Shown here: in pieces, positions 38,817-46,681 of the stretch
Layout of the letters: every line of letters starts with the position of its first letter
Position numbering within the stretch: the first letter of the stretch is position 1
Assembly: GCA_021299095.1 (NCBI GenBank)
Contig: JAJTFW010000002.1
Coordinates: 138,133 to 202,132 of the forward strand
Length of the DNA stretch: 64,000 bases
Reading direction: 5' to 3'
From: Sphingobacteriales bacterium
GTDB taxonomy: Bacteria > Bacteroidota > Bacteroidia > AKYH767-A > OLB10
Made by a program: the position numbers and the translations under genes
Notes under the pieces: generated by a model
Databases searched by the model: none
What the model was told of the DNA's origin: nothing
Seen by the model: the letters and a program-made list of their open reading frames with translations, nothing else

Positions 38817-40976
38817 GTGAAAGACGGGAGCCAATCCGCAGGCACAAGCGATCGGGCGCTGAGAGTTGCGCTTGCGGGTAACCCGAACAGTGGTAAGAGC
38901 AGCGTTTTCAACTCCCTGACGGGCCTACACCAGAAGGTAGCCAATTTTCCGGGCGTAACGGTTGAAAAGAAGACCGGCCAATGCACCATTTACAATTCCT
39001 CCACAGGTGTTCCGACCCGCTTCGAGGTCATTGATCTTCCGGGAACTTACAGCCTCTATCCCAAGTCGCCCGATGAACGCATTCCATTCGAGGTTTTATG
39101 TGATCCGCACAACCCCAGCCACCCGGACCTTGTTTTGCTCATCGCCGATGGAACCAACCTGAAGCGCAGTCTGTTCCTGGCCAGCCAGGTAGTAGACCTG
39201 AAACTACCGTGTGTGCTCGTTCTGAACATGATGGACCTTGTGCTTGCATCGGGTACACAAATCGATGTGCGGGATCTCGAACGCAGAATTGGCGTGCGCG
39301 TTGTTCCAATCAATGCGCGTAAAGAAGAAGGCATTGAAGAACTGAAGCAAGTCATGGTTGGTGCGACTCCGGTTCCGGAAAAAGACGTGCTTGAAACCAC
39401 TGAACTTGCGCCGAAACTCATCCGCGGGCTCCGTGATTTGCTGAAGCTGCGTAGCGATTATTCGGCCATGCAAATCGCGCAGCATCGTGATTCGCTCGGG
39501 CAATTTGGTTTTGAAAAACAACTGATCGAGGAAGCAGGGCAACTGATTGATTCAACCGGGTTCAATCTCGAAAAGCTGAAATCGTATGAGACCTTGGAGC
39601 GATACAAGGTCATTCAGGAAATTTTGCGCCACGTTGTAACGGACCCCAAGACACCCCGAGCACCGGGAATCAGCCAGCGCATCGACCGTCTGCTAATGCA
39701 TCGCGTGTGGGGATACGTGTTCTTCTTATTTATTCTCTTCCTCATGTTTCAGGCCATCTTCAGTATCGCTGAATGGCCTATGAACTTCATTGACGAGACC
39801 TTTGCCGGATTAAGCGAACTTGTTCGGGAAGCACTTCCAGCAGGTATGCTCAACGATTTGGTAGTTGATGGTATTCTGGCAGGCATCGGCGGAATCATCA
39901 TTTTCATCCCCCAAATCGCTCTGCTGTTCACATTCATTGCCATCCTGGAAGACAGTGGCTACATGGCCCGTGTCAGTTTTCTAATGGACAAACTGATGCG
40001 GAAATTCGGACTCAACGGACGCTCGGTGATTCCCTTGATTAGCGGAGCAGCCTGTGCTGTACCGGCTATTTTATCGACCCGTACCATTGGCAGCTGGAAG
40101 GAACGTCTGATTACCATTTTTGTCACTCCCCTGATGAGTTGTTCGGCCAGACTACCGGTATACACTTTGCTAGTCGGTTTGGTGGTGCCACAAGGAAGCT
40201 TTGCCGGCATCATGAGCTTGCAGGGACTCGCTATGATGGCACTGTATCTGATTGGCTTCCTTGCTGCAATCGGCTCTGCCGCTCTTATGAAGTATATAGT
40301 AAAAGCCCGCGAGCGCGCCTATTTCATCATGGAAATTCCGGTTTACCGAACACCCCGTTGGTCGAACATCCTATACTCCATCCTTGAAAAAATCCGCATC
40401 TTTTTGTTCGATGCCGGCAAGGTGATCATTGCCATCAGCATCGTGCTTTGGTTTCTTTCATCACGCGGACCTGGGAGTACATTCAGCCGCCTGGAAGAAC
40501 AGCACGATTTCTTAGAAGCCTCTGCGAACACCAGTCACGATAGCCTGGCAAAACTGCAGTCGGAAATGCTTGCGACATCCTATGCGGGTCGAATCGGGCA
40601 CTGGCTTGAGCCGGCCATCGCACCGCTGGGCTTCGATTGGAAAATCGGCATCGCCCTTGTGACCTCTTTCGCGGCCCGAGAGGTCTTTGTAGGCACCATG
40701 ACCACCATTTACAGCGTTGGCCAATCGGACGAAGATGCCCTAACGGTGCGCGAGAAAATGCGCTCGGAAACCGACCCCATAAGTGGAAAACCACGATACG
40801 ATTCGGCAACAGGTTGGTCGCTGATGATCTTTTACGCTTTTGCGATGCAATGCATGAGCACACTGGCTGTGGTGCGACGTGAGACCGGCGGTTGGAAATG
40901 GCCTACACTCCAGTTTCTCTACCTTTCGGCCCTGGCTTATTTCAGCAGCCTGATTGTTTATCAGGTTCTTTCCTGA
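38817..40976 (+). CDS. feoB: ferrous iron transporter B
   Basis: 719 aa. N-terminal G-domain (GNPNSGKSS, DLPG), gate motifs, and a polytopic C-terminal permease. Confidence 0.95.
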   Translation: MKDGSQSAGTSDRALRVALAGNPNSGKSSVFNSLTGLHQKVANFPGVTVEKKTGQCTIYNSSTGVPTRFEVIDLPGTYSLYPKSPDERIPFEVLCDPHNPSHPDLVLLIADGTNLKRSLFLASQVVDLKLPCVLVLNMMDLVLASGTQIDVRDLERRIGVRVVPINARKEEGIEELKQVMVGATPVPEKDVLETTELAPKLIRGLRDLLKLRSDYSAMQIAQHRDSLGQFGFEKQLIEEAGQLIDSTGFNLEKLKSYETLERYKVIQEILRHVVTDPKTPRAPGISQRIDRLLMHRVWGYVFFLFILFLMFQAIFSIAEWPMNFIDETFAGLSELVREALPAGMLNDLVVDGILAGIGGIIIFIPQIALLFTFIAILEDSGYMARVSFLMDKLMRKFGLNGRSVIPLISGAACAVPAILSTRTIGSWKERLITIFVTPLMSCSARLPVYTLLVGLVVPQGSFAGIMSLQGLAMMALYLIGFLAAIGSAALMKYIVKARERAYFIMEIPVYRTPRWSNILYSILEKIRIFLFDAGKVIIAISIVLWFLSSRGPGSTFSRLEEQHDFLEASANTSHDSLAKLQSEMLATSYAGRIGHWLEPAIAPLGFDWKIGIALVTSFAAREVFVGTMTTIYSVGQSDEDALTVREKMRSETDPISGKPRYDSATGWSLMIFYAFAMQCMSTLAVVRRETGGWKWPTLQFLYLSALAYFSSLIVYQVLS

Positions 40977-41025
40977 CAAGCTCCTGCCTGCATTATTTTT
41001 GAAGGCATTCATTGCAGAGAGTGGC

Positions 41026-41679
41026 ATGGCAGTAACTGGAGATGAACTTCGTATACGACTGGGGAAATACGTACCCGGAGCGGCCGTCGAAACCTGCTTC
41101 GACTGGATTCGTCGTTACCGAATCAGCGTTCGTATAAAACACACCCGGCAATCCAAACTGGGTGACTACAGACCTCCGTTCGATGGGAATGGACACATCA
41201 TCACCATTAACCACGAGCTAAACCCGTTTGCCTTTCTCATCACGTTTACGCATGAAGTCGCGCACCTCACATGCTATCTGAAACACGGGAACCGGGTCTT
41301 ACCTCATGGAGCTGAATGGAAAGCAGAATTCAGGTTGTTGCTCCACGATTTCCTGGAGACCAGAATCTTCCCATCAGATGTAGCTGAAGCTGTACAGCGC
41401 TATCTTATAAATCCAGCCGCAAGTAGTTGCGGAGATGTACAGCTAAGCAAGGCATTGGCCAAATACGACAACCGCGAATCGGGCTGGGTACATCTGGAAG
41501 AAATCCCGTATAACGGTAGGTTCCGGATTCGGAACGGAAAAGAATTTATCAAAGGACACAGACTCCGGAAAAACTTCACCTGTTTTTCTTTCCCCGATGG
41601 ACATCGGTATTTCATCCATCCGCTGATGGAAGTTTATGATTTGAATTTGCCGGAGGAAGCTTCAGCCCCCTTGACCTGA
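41026..41679 (+). CDS. SprT-like zinc metallopeptidase domain protein
   Basis: About 217 aa from MAVTGDELRIRL. HEVAH zinc motif (FTHEVAHLTCY). Its 3' end overlaps the convergent ppx by 18 nt. Confidence 0.65.
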   Translation: MAVTGDELRIRLGKYVPGAAVETCFDWIRRYRISVRIKHTRQSKLGDYRPPFDGNGHIITINHELNPFAFLITFTHEVAHLTCYLKHGNRVLPHGAEWKAEFRLLLHDFLETRIFPSDVAEAVQRYLINPAASSCGDVQLSKALAKYDNRESGWVHLEEIPYNGRFRIRNGKEFIKGHRLRKNFTCFSFPDGHRYFIHPLMEVYDLNLPEEASAPLT

Positions 41680-42552
41680 AGCGATAAAATCCTCATAAAG
41701 CAAATGCACGATGCCATCGGATAGTCCGATTTGAGGAACAATGATCTTCTCGATTCCTGCCTCACGCATGATCGTGATAAACACCTTGGCAGCCGGAACA
41801 ATCACATCCGCTCGATCGGGATTCAGGCCAAGCCGTGTTATCCGCTCCTCTACACTGAACTGCTTCAGAAAATAATAGATTTCGGTCAGCTTGAGCAGGG
41901 AAAGTGCCTTACCCTCTTTGCGCTCCGAAAGCTTGAATATCTTGTTGATGTTTCCTCCACTACCGATGGCCATGAGATCATGACCCGCATGGTGTTCGTG
42001 AATCCAATTTTTCAACTGAGCCCAATCCTCCTTGGTCACTTTATCGTGCAACAGCCGTATGGATCCAATATTAAACGACTGTGAGGCGACAACATGTCCT
42101 TGCTCGAACAATGTCAATTCGGTACTACCACCACCCACATCGATATAGAGATAAGAACGCTCCGGATCGAGATGCTCCGCTATGTGATTACTGTAGATGA
42201 TTTCAGCCTCAGACTTTCCATCTATCACCTCGATCGTGATTCCGGATTCCTTTCGGACTGCAGCGATGACTTCAGCCGCATTTGCCGCTTCACGCATTGC
42301 AGCGGTAGCACAGGCACGAAAACCTTTTGCACCGAACACCTCGATGAGCAGACGAAAAGCCTTCATCGTTTTACAGAGTGCCTGAATCTTCTCCTGACTA
42401 ACGGATCCAATCCTGAAAACATCCTCACCAAGCCGGATGGGCATACGTACCAATTCAGCCTTTTTGAAAATAGCCTCCTTTCCGTCGTCGTAGACATTGC
42501 ACAGCAGCAATCGTACAGCATTCGAACCGATGTCGATGGATGCAAATCGCAT
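41662..42552 (-). CDS. ppx: Ppx/GppA family exopolyphosphatase
   Basis: 296 aa. IDIGSNAVRLLL (ASKHA fold phosphate-1 motif) and a second actin-like domain. Confidence 0.85.
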   Translation of the reverse strand: MRFASIDIGSNAVRLLLCNVYDDGKEAIFKKAELVRMPIRLGEDVFRIGSVSQEKIQALCKTMKAFRLLIEVFGAKGFRACATAAMREAANAAEVIAAVRKESGITIEVIDGKSEAEIIYSNHIAEHLDPERSYLYIDVGGGSTELTLFEQGHVVASQSFNIGSIRLLHDKVTKEDWAQLKNWIHEHHAGHDLMAIGSGGNINKIFKLSERKEGKALSLLKLTEIYYFLKQFSVEERITRLGLNPDRADVIVPAAKVFITIMREAGIEKIIVPQIGLSDGIVHLLYEDFIASGQGG

Positions 42553-42558
42553 GACTAC

Positions 42559-44625
42559 TTAGTGTTTTGAAGGAATTGAATGAACCGGACGGGCAAGGTA
42601 CGTGTAAATAGCATCCTGAGCACGGTGCTTCACGCGAGAACGAGTTACCCGGTATTTGTTGTCTTGCTGGACATTAATCATCCGGGCTTTCAAATTATCG
42701 TTCCACTGGATATCCAAAATATCCTTTAACTGCTGGCGCACATCCGGATCATATACTGGTACACCGACCTCCGAACGGAAATCGATGTTACGCTGCATGA
42801 AGTCAAAGGACGCGAGGTAATAGGACGGATCACCGTTATTGGAAAAAATGAAAATCCGTGCATGTTCGAGGTATTTATCAACGATACTAATGACCTCTAT
42901 GTTCTCACTCAGGCCAGCAGCTCCCGGAATCAGCGAACATACACTCCGAATGATCATACGTATGCGCACACCTGCACTGCTTGCTTCGTACAGTTTGGAT
43001 ATGATTTCCGGATCAGTCAGGTTGTTCATCTTCAAAAACATCCAGGCCTCCTGACCGGACCGAGCATTGTCGATTTCACGCTGGATAAGTTGCATGATTT
43101 TCTTCCGGGTGTAGAAAGGCGAAACGATCAGATGCCGGTACTGACCTGTTTTGTAATTATCCTGATAAAACTGGAAAACCTTTGAGACTTCTTCGGTAAT
43201 CCGTTTATCTGCAGTCAACAAGCTATGATCGCAATACAAGCGCGCGGTGTCCTCATTGAAGTTACCGGTTCCAATGTGAGCATACAACACATTCTTGCCC
43301 TGCTCACGGCGGGTAATGAGAAAAAGCTTGCTGTGCATCTTCAGACCCGGCACCCCATAAATGATTTGAGCGCCTTCTTCGTTCAGTCGATTGGCCCAAC
43401 GAATGTTATTCTCCTCATCGAACCGCGCCTGCAACTCTACCACGGCCGTGACCTCCTTCCCATTTCGGATGGCATTGATGAGTGTATTGGCGATTTGAGA
43501 ATTCTTAGACAACCTGTATAGCGTAATCTGGATCTTGGAAACTTTCGGGTCGATTGAAGCCTCGCGAAGAAGATCCAGGATGTGGTGATAGCTTTGGTAT
43601 GGAAAACTCAACAGGATATCCTTAGAGCGCACCACTCCAAGCACGCTGCATCGGGGCGGAAGAAGCGGATGAGAAAGCGGATGAGGATTCTTCAACCTCA
43701 ACTCTGGTTTGTTGAGAGAAGGAAACTTCATAAAGTCGACGAAGTTATGATACCTACCGCCGGCTATGGGCTGGTCCTCACCGGTAAGCTTGATCCGCCG
43801 TGCCAAATAGGCCAAGGCAGTTTGAGGAAGCTCTTCATCATAAATCAAGCGCGTAGGCTGACCCTTGGTCCTTCGCTTGATGCCTTCAGCAACTTTTTTC
43901 ACCAGACTTTTGGTCACATCCTGCTCCAGGTCAAGTTCCGCGTCGCGGGTGAGCTTGATGGTATAAGCATGAATCGAGTCGAGCTCGAAATTGTAAAACA
44001 GATCATCCAGACAATACCGGATTATATCGTCCAACAAGATGATGTACTTGCCATCTTTAGGCAGAACAAGAAAACGGGGTACCGTTGCCGTTGGGATTTC
44101 AACCAAGGCATATTTATCGCGTGCATCTTTCCTGCTCATGACAACCATCAGGTAAATGCTTTTGTCGTGCAGGTAAGGGAATCGCTTTACATTGTCGAGT
44201 AGGATCGGAACCAGGCTCGGTAGCACTTCGTCGCGGAAATACTGCCGCACATATTGACCTTGTTCACGGTTGAGCTGCCGTTCATTGATGATGAATACCC
44301 CCTGCAACTGTAGGTCACGCAAGAGGTTCTCCCAACTCTCATCGAACTGCTCTTGCTGTCGGATGATTATACGCTGAATGCGTTCGAGCAGATGCACGGG
44401 TTCTTCGCCCAAGAGCTCGGCTCCTTTTTTACCTAGGCGAATAAGGCGCTTGATGGAGGCCACGCGAACGCGAAAAAACTCATCGCGGTTGCTGGAAACG
44501 ATTCCTAAAAACTTGAGCCGCTCGAGTAATGGCACCCTCGGATCATTGGCTTCCTGCAGCACGCGGTCGTTGAAGGCCAGCCAGCTGATATCGCGGTTGA
44601 CCAATTGCAACCTTCCTTTCTTCAT
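42559..44625 (-). CDS. ppk1: polyphosphate kinase 1
   Basis: 688 aa. RDISWLAFNDRVLQEA N-terminus and two PLD-like C-terminal domains. It lies 6 nt upstream of ppx. Confidence 0.95.
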   Translation of the reverse strand: MKKGRLQLVNRDISWLAFNDRVLQEANDPRVPLLERLKFLGIVSSNRDEFFRVRVASIKRLIRLGKKGAELLGEEPVHLLERIQRIIIRQQEQFDESWENLLRDLQLQGVFIINERQLNREQGQYVRQYFRDEVLPSLVPILLDNVKRFPYLHDKSIYLMVVMSRKDARDKYALVEIPTATVPRFLVLPKDGKYIILLDDIIRYCLDDLFYNFELDSIHAYTIKLTRDAELDLEQDVTKSLVKKVAEGIKRRTKGQPTRLIYDEELPQTALAYLARRIKLTGEDQPIAGGRYHNFVDFMKFPSLNKPELRLKNPHPLSHPLLPPRCSVLGVVRSKDILLSFPYQSYHHILDLLREASIDPKVSKIQITLYRLSKNSQIANTLINAIRNGKEVTAVVELQARFDEENNIRWANRLNEEGAQIIYGVPGLKMHSKLFLITRREQGKNVLYAHIGTGNFNEDTARLYCDHSLLTADKRITEEVSKVFQFYQDNYKTGQYRHLIVSPFYTRKKIMQLIQREIDNARSGQEAWMFLKMNNLTDPEIISKLYEASSAGVRIRMIIRSVCSLIPGAAGLSENIEVISIVDKYLEHARIFIFSNNGDPSYYLASFDFMQRNIDFRSEVGVPVYDPDVRQQLKDILDIQWNDNLKARMINVQQDNKYRVTRSRVKHRAQDAIYTYLARPVHSIPSKH

Positions 44626-44633
44626 AGAAAAAA

Positions 44634-44936
44634 TCAGGACTTGGTGGAGGGCCTGGACTTAGTCGACTTGCGGGCGGATTTTGATCCAGCAGCCTTTTTT
44701 GCGACCCGGACTGACTTCGCAGCTGCTTTACCGATCGTGGGCCTAGCGGATTTCACCGGTTCAGTTTTACCCTTTTGGTCGGGTATCTGTTTCGCCAATC
44801 GCTTGACCAATTGCTTGGCCGCTTCGCTGATGTGTTTGTGGATTTTTTGCGCTGCCTTGTCGTTCGTTTTCTTCAACACATAGGCAATGCTCAACGCAAG
44901 TTGATCGGCCAGTGCTTTACGTTCTTTTTTGTCCAT
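44634..44936 (-). CDS. lysine/alanine-rich histone H1-like protein (100 aa)
   Basis: MDKKERKALADQLALSIAYVLKK… with a helical N-terminus and a basic low-complexity tail (KSARPTIGKAAAKSVRVAKKAAGSKSARKSTKSRPSTKS). It ends 8 nt before the ppk1 start on the same strand. Confidence 0.5.
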   Translation of the reverse strand: MDKKERKALADQLALSIAYVLKKTNDKAAQKIHKHISEAAKQLVKRLAKQIPDQKGKTEPVKSARPTIGKAAAKSVRVAKKAAGSKSARKSTKSRPSTKS

Positions 44937-45038
44937 GTAGCGAGTGGTATCTGTGTAAAAGTAAACAGGCAGGCATCGTGATGAATACTCCAATCCATCC
45001 TTAATGATTGTTTAACAATAGGGTAACGCGACTCAGGA

Positions 45039-45521
45039 CTAAACCGTGAACATCCAATCGAGGTTTGCGCAACCGGCACTAACTTCATTCCATGCATCAA
45101 CCGGCATTGAAATACACGCCACTGCAGCGGTAGGAAACGACATAATCACGTTACCACATAAATAATTGGTGAGCAGAGTCATGCCCGGATTGTGCCCTAC
45201 GAGCAGCATAGAATCGAACCTGTCGTCTGTCCTGACAACTGCTTCGGTCAAATTGCGCAAAGGGGCTTCGTAAATGGATGCGTCCTGAACAATCTCACTG
45301 ACAGGATAGTCGAGTTGCTCTGCGATCACTAGCGCTGTGCTCCAGGTCCGCACCGCAGGGCTGGACACAATCTTTGCAGGATACACACCTTGCCGTTTCA
45401 AGTACTGGGCAGCAGTAATTGCATCATCATAGCCCCGAGCTGAAAGGTGCCGGATCAGGTCACTTGGCACGTACTCATCGTGACCCGACTTGGCGTGGCG
45501 CACCAAATAAAGCGTTCGCAT
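45039..45521 (-). CDS. sixA: histidine phosphatase family protein (SixA-like phosphohistidine phosphatase)
   Basis: 160 aa. LYLVRHAKSG (RHG catalytic motif) and GHNP. Confidence 0.75.
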   Translation of the reverse strand: MRTLYLVRHAKSGHDEYVPSDLIRHLSARGYDDAITAAQYLKRQGVYPAKIVSSPAVRTWSTALVIAEQLDYPVSEIVQDASIYEAPLRNLTEAVVRTDDRFDSMLLVGHNPGMTLLTNYLCGNVIMSFPTAAVACISMPVDAWNEVSAGCANLDWMFTV

Positions 45522-45525
45522 GATT

Positions 45526-46566
45526 TTACTTTTTCTCCTTCAGCAAGACCAGGTAGGTTGGAAAGTGGTCCGAATAGCCCCCCAGATAAACACCGAAGTC
45601 ATAGGTGCGCTTTGGATACCCCTTGTACCTGCCGGAGGTCTGAAGCATGAATTCCCGCTTGAATATATAGGCCTTGTGCAGGAAATAGCCGTCCTGAGGA
45701 TTACGCAGGAAGGGCTCGGAAACGATGATCTGATCGAACAAATTCCATGCATCGTTGTAGGCCAGTGTTCCGATACCTTCTCTGTAATACTCCACCCAAG
45801 GATTGTATAACTCCAAGGGCTTGACTTTAGTCTTATCGCCTTTAGCTCCCAGCACCTTAGCTACTGATGGGCTCACCGGATCATCGTTCAGATCGCCCAT
45901 CAAGATGATCTTCGCGTTGGCATCAAATCTGAAAATAGAATCGATTCGGGCACGTGCGATTCCGGCAGCCAACGCTCTGCCGGGTGCTGAGGCTTGTTCA
46001 CCACCCCTGCGAGATGGCCAATGGTTTACAAACACGTGCAGGGTATCGCCGTTCAACATCCCTTTCACATAAAGAATGTCCCGTGTGAAACGCGGGGCAC
46101 CGTTGTCACCAATTAGGGGTACATAGAGCGACGCCGAGGTGATCAAGCGGAAATATTTCGGATTGTAGAGCAAGCCCACATCTACGCCGCGTTCATCGGG
46201 ACTATTGAAGTGGACAACGCTGTAATTACGGGGTCGTAACTTCGGCTGATTCACCAAATCCTGCAGTACCGATGCGTTTTCGATCTCTGCACAGCCGATA
46301 ATTGCCAAACCATCGGGACTGACATCCGTGCCGATCTGATGCAATACGTCCTCCAGCTTTGAGAGCTTGTCAACATACACCTCCGGCGTATATAAATTGG
46401 CACCTGCGGGAGTGAACTCCTCGTCATTTACATCGGGCTGGTTTATTGTATCAAACAGATTCTCAAGGTTATAAAAGCCGACCAAGGCCGGCTGATACGA
46501 TTTTTGCTGGGCTGAAGCCACGAGGGAAGTCAGCAGCAGTGCAGGTAAAAGGATTCGCTGAAGCAT
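45526..46566 (-). CDS. secreted endonuclease/exonuclease/phosphatase (EEP) family protein
   Basis: 346 aa. Signal peptide. GFYNLENLFD, GDLNDDP and SDHFP catalytic motifs. Confidence 0.8.
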   Translation of the reverse strand: MLQRILLPALLLTSLVASAQQKSYQPALVGFYNLENLFDTINQPDVNDEEFTPAGANLYTPEVYVDKLSKLEDVLHQIGTDVSPDGLAIIGCAEIENASVLQDLVNQPKLRPRNYSVVHFNSPDERGVDVGLLYNPKYFRLITSASLYVPLIGDNGAPRFTRDILYVKGMLNGDTLHVFVNHWPSRRGGEQASAPGRALAAGIARARIDSIFRFDANAKIILMGDLNDDPVSPSVAKVLGAKGDKTKVKPLELYNPWVEYYREGIGTLAYNDAWNLFDQIIVSEPFLRNPQDGYFLHKAYIFKREFMLQTSGRYKGYPKRTYDFGVYLGGYSDHFPTYLVLLKEKK

Positions 46567-46583
46567 TTTTTCTGGGTAGCCGA

Positions 46584-46591
46584 CAAAGCTA
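46584..46591 (-). promoter_or_regulatory. -7 promoter element (TAgcTTTG) 18 nt upstream of the EEP gene ATG
   Basis: Exact TAnnTTTG match on the minus strand. Confidence 0.35.
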
Positions 46592-46648
46592 TGAAAGGCA
46601 GTTGAAGGCAGCGAAAATCCATTCCATGCTCAGCACATGCGATTTACA

Positions 46649-46656
46649 TACATTTG
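46649..46656 (+). promoter_or_regulatory. -7 promoter element (TAcaTTTG) 26 nt upstream of the TonB-dependent receptor ATG
   Basis: Exact TAnnTTTG match on the plus strand. It supports the start at 46682 (MHLRILYSLF…) rather than the track start at 46637. Confidence 0.35.
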
Positions 46657-46681
46657 CTTCCCTTTGACCACTACCCCGCCT

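Noticed and set aside
46637-46681. Upstream extension of the TonB-dependent receptor ORF (track start 46637, MRFTYICFPLTTTPPMHLRIL…)
   Set aside because: The extension lacks signal-peptide character and contains the -7 promoter octamer (46649..46656). Met 46682 begins a canonical signal peptide.
46567-46681. Possible cobalamin or other riboswitch upstream of the TonB-dependent receptor
   Set aside because: There is no B12-box-like element or extended conserved structure. The spacer is explained by two divergent -7 promoter motifs with short leaders.
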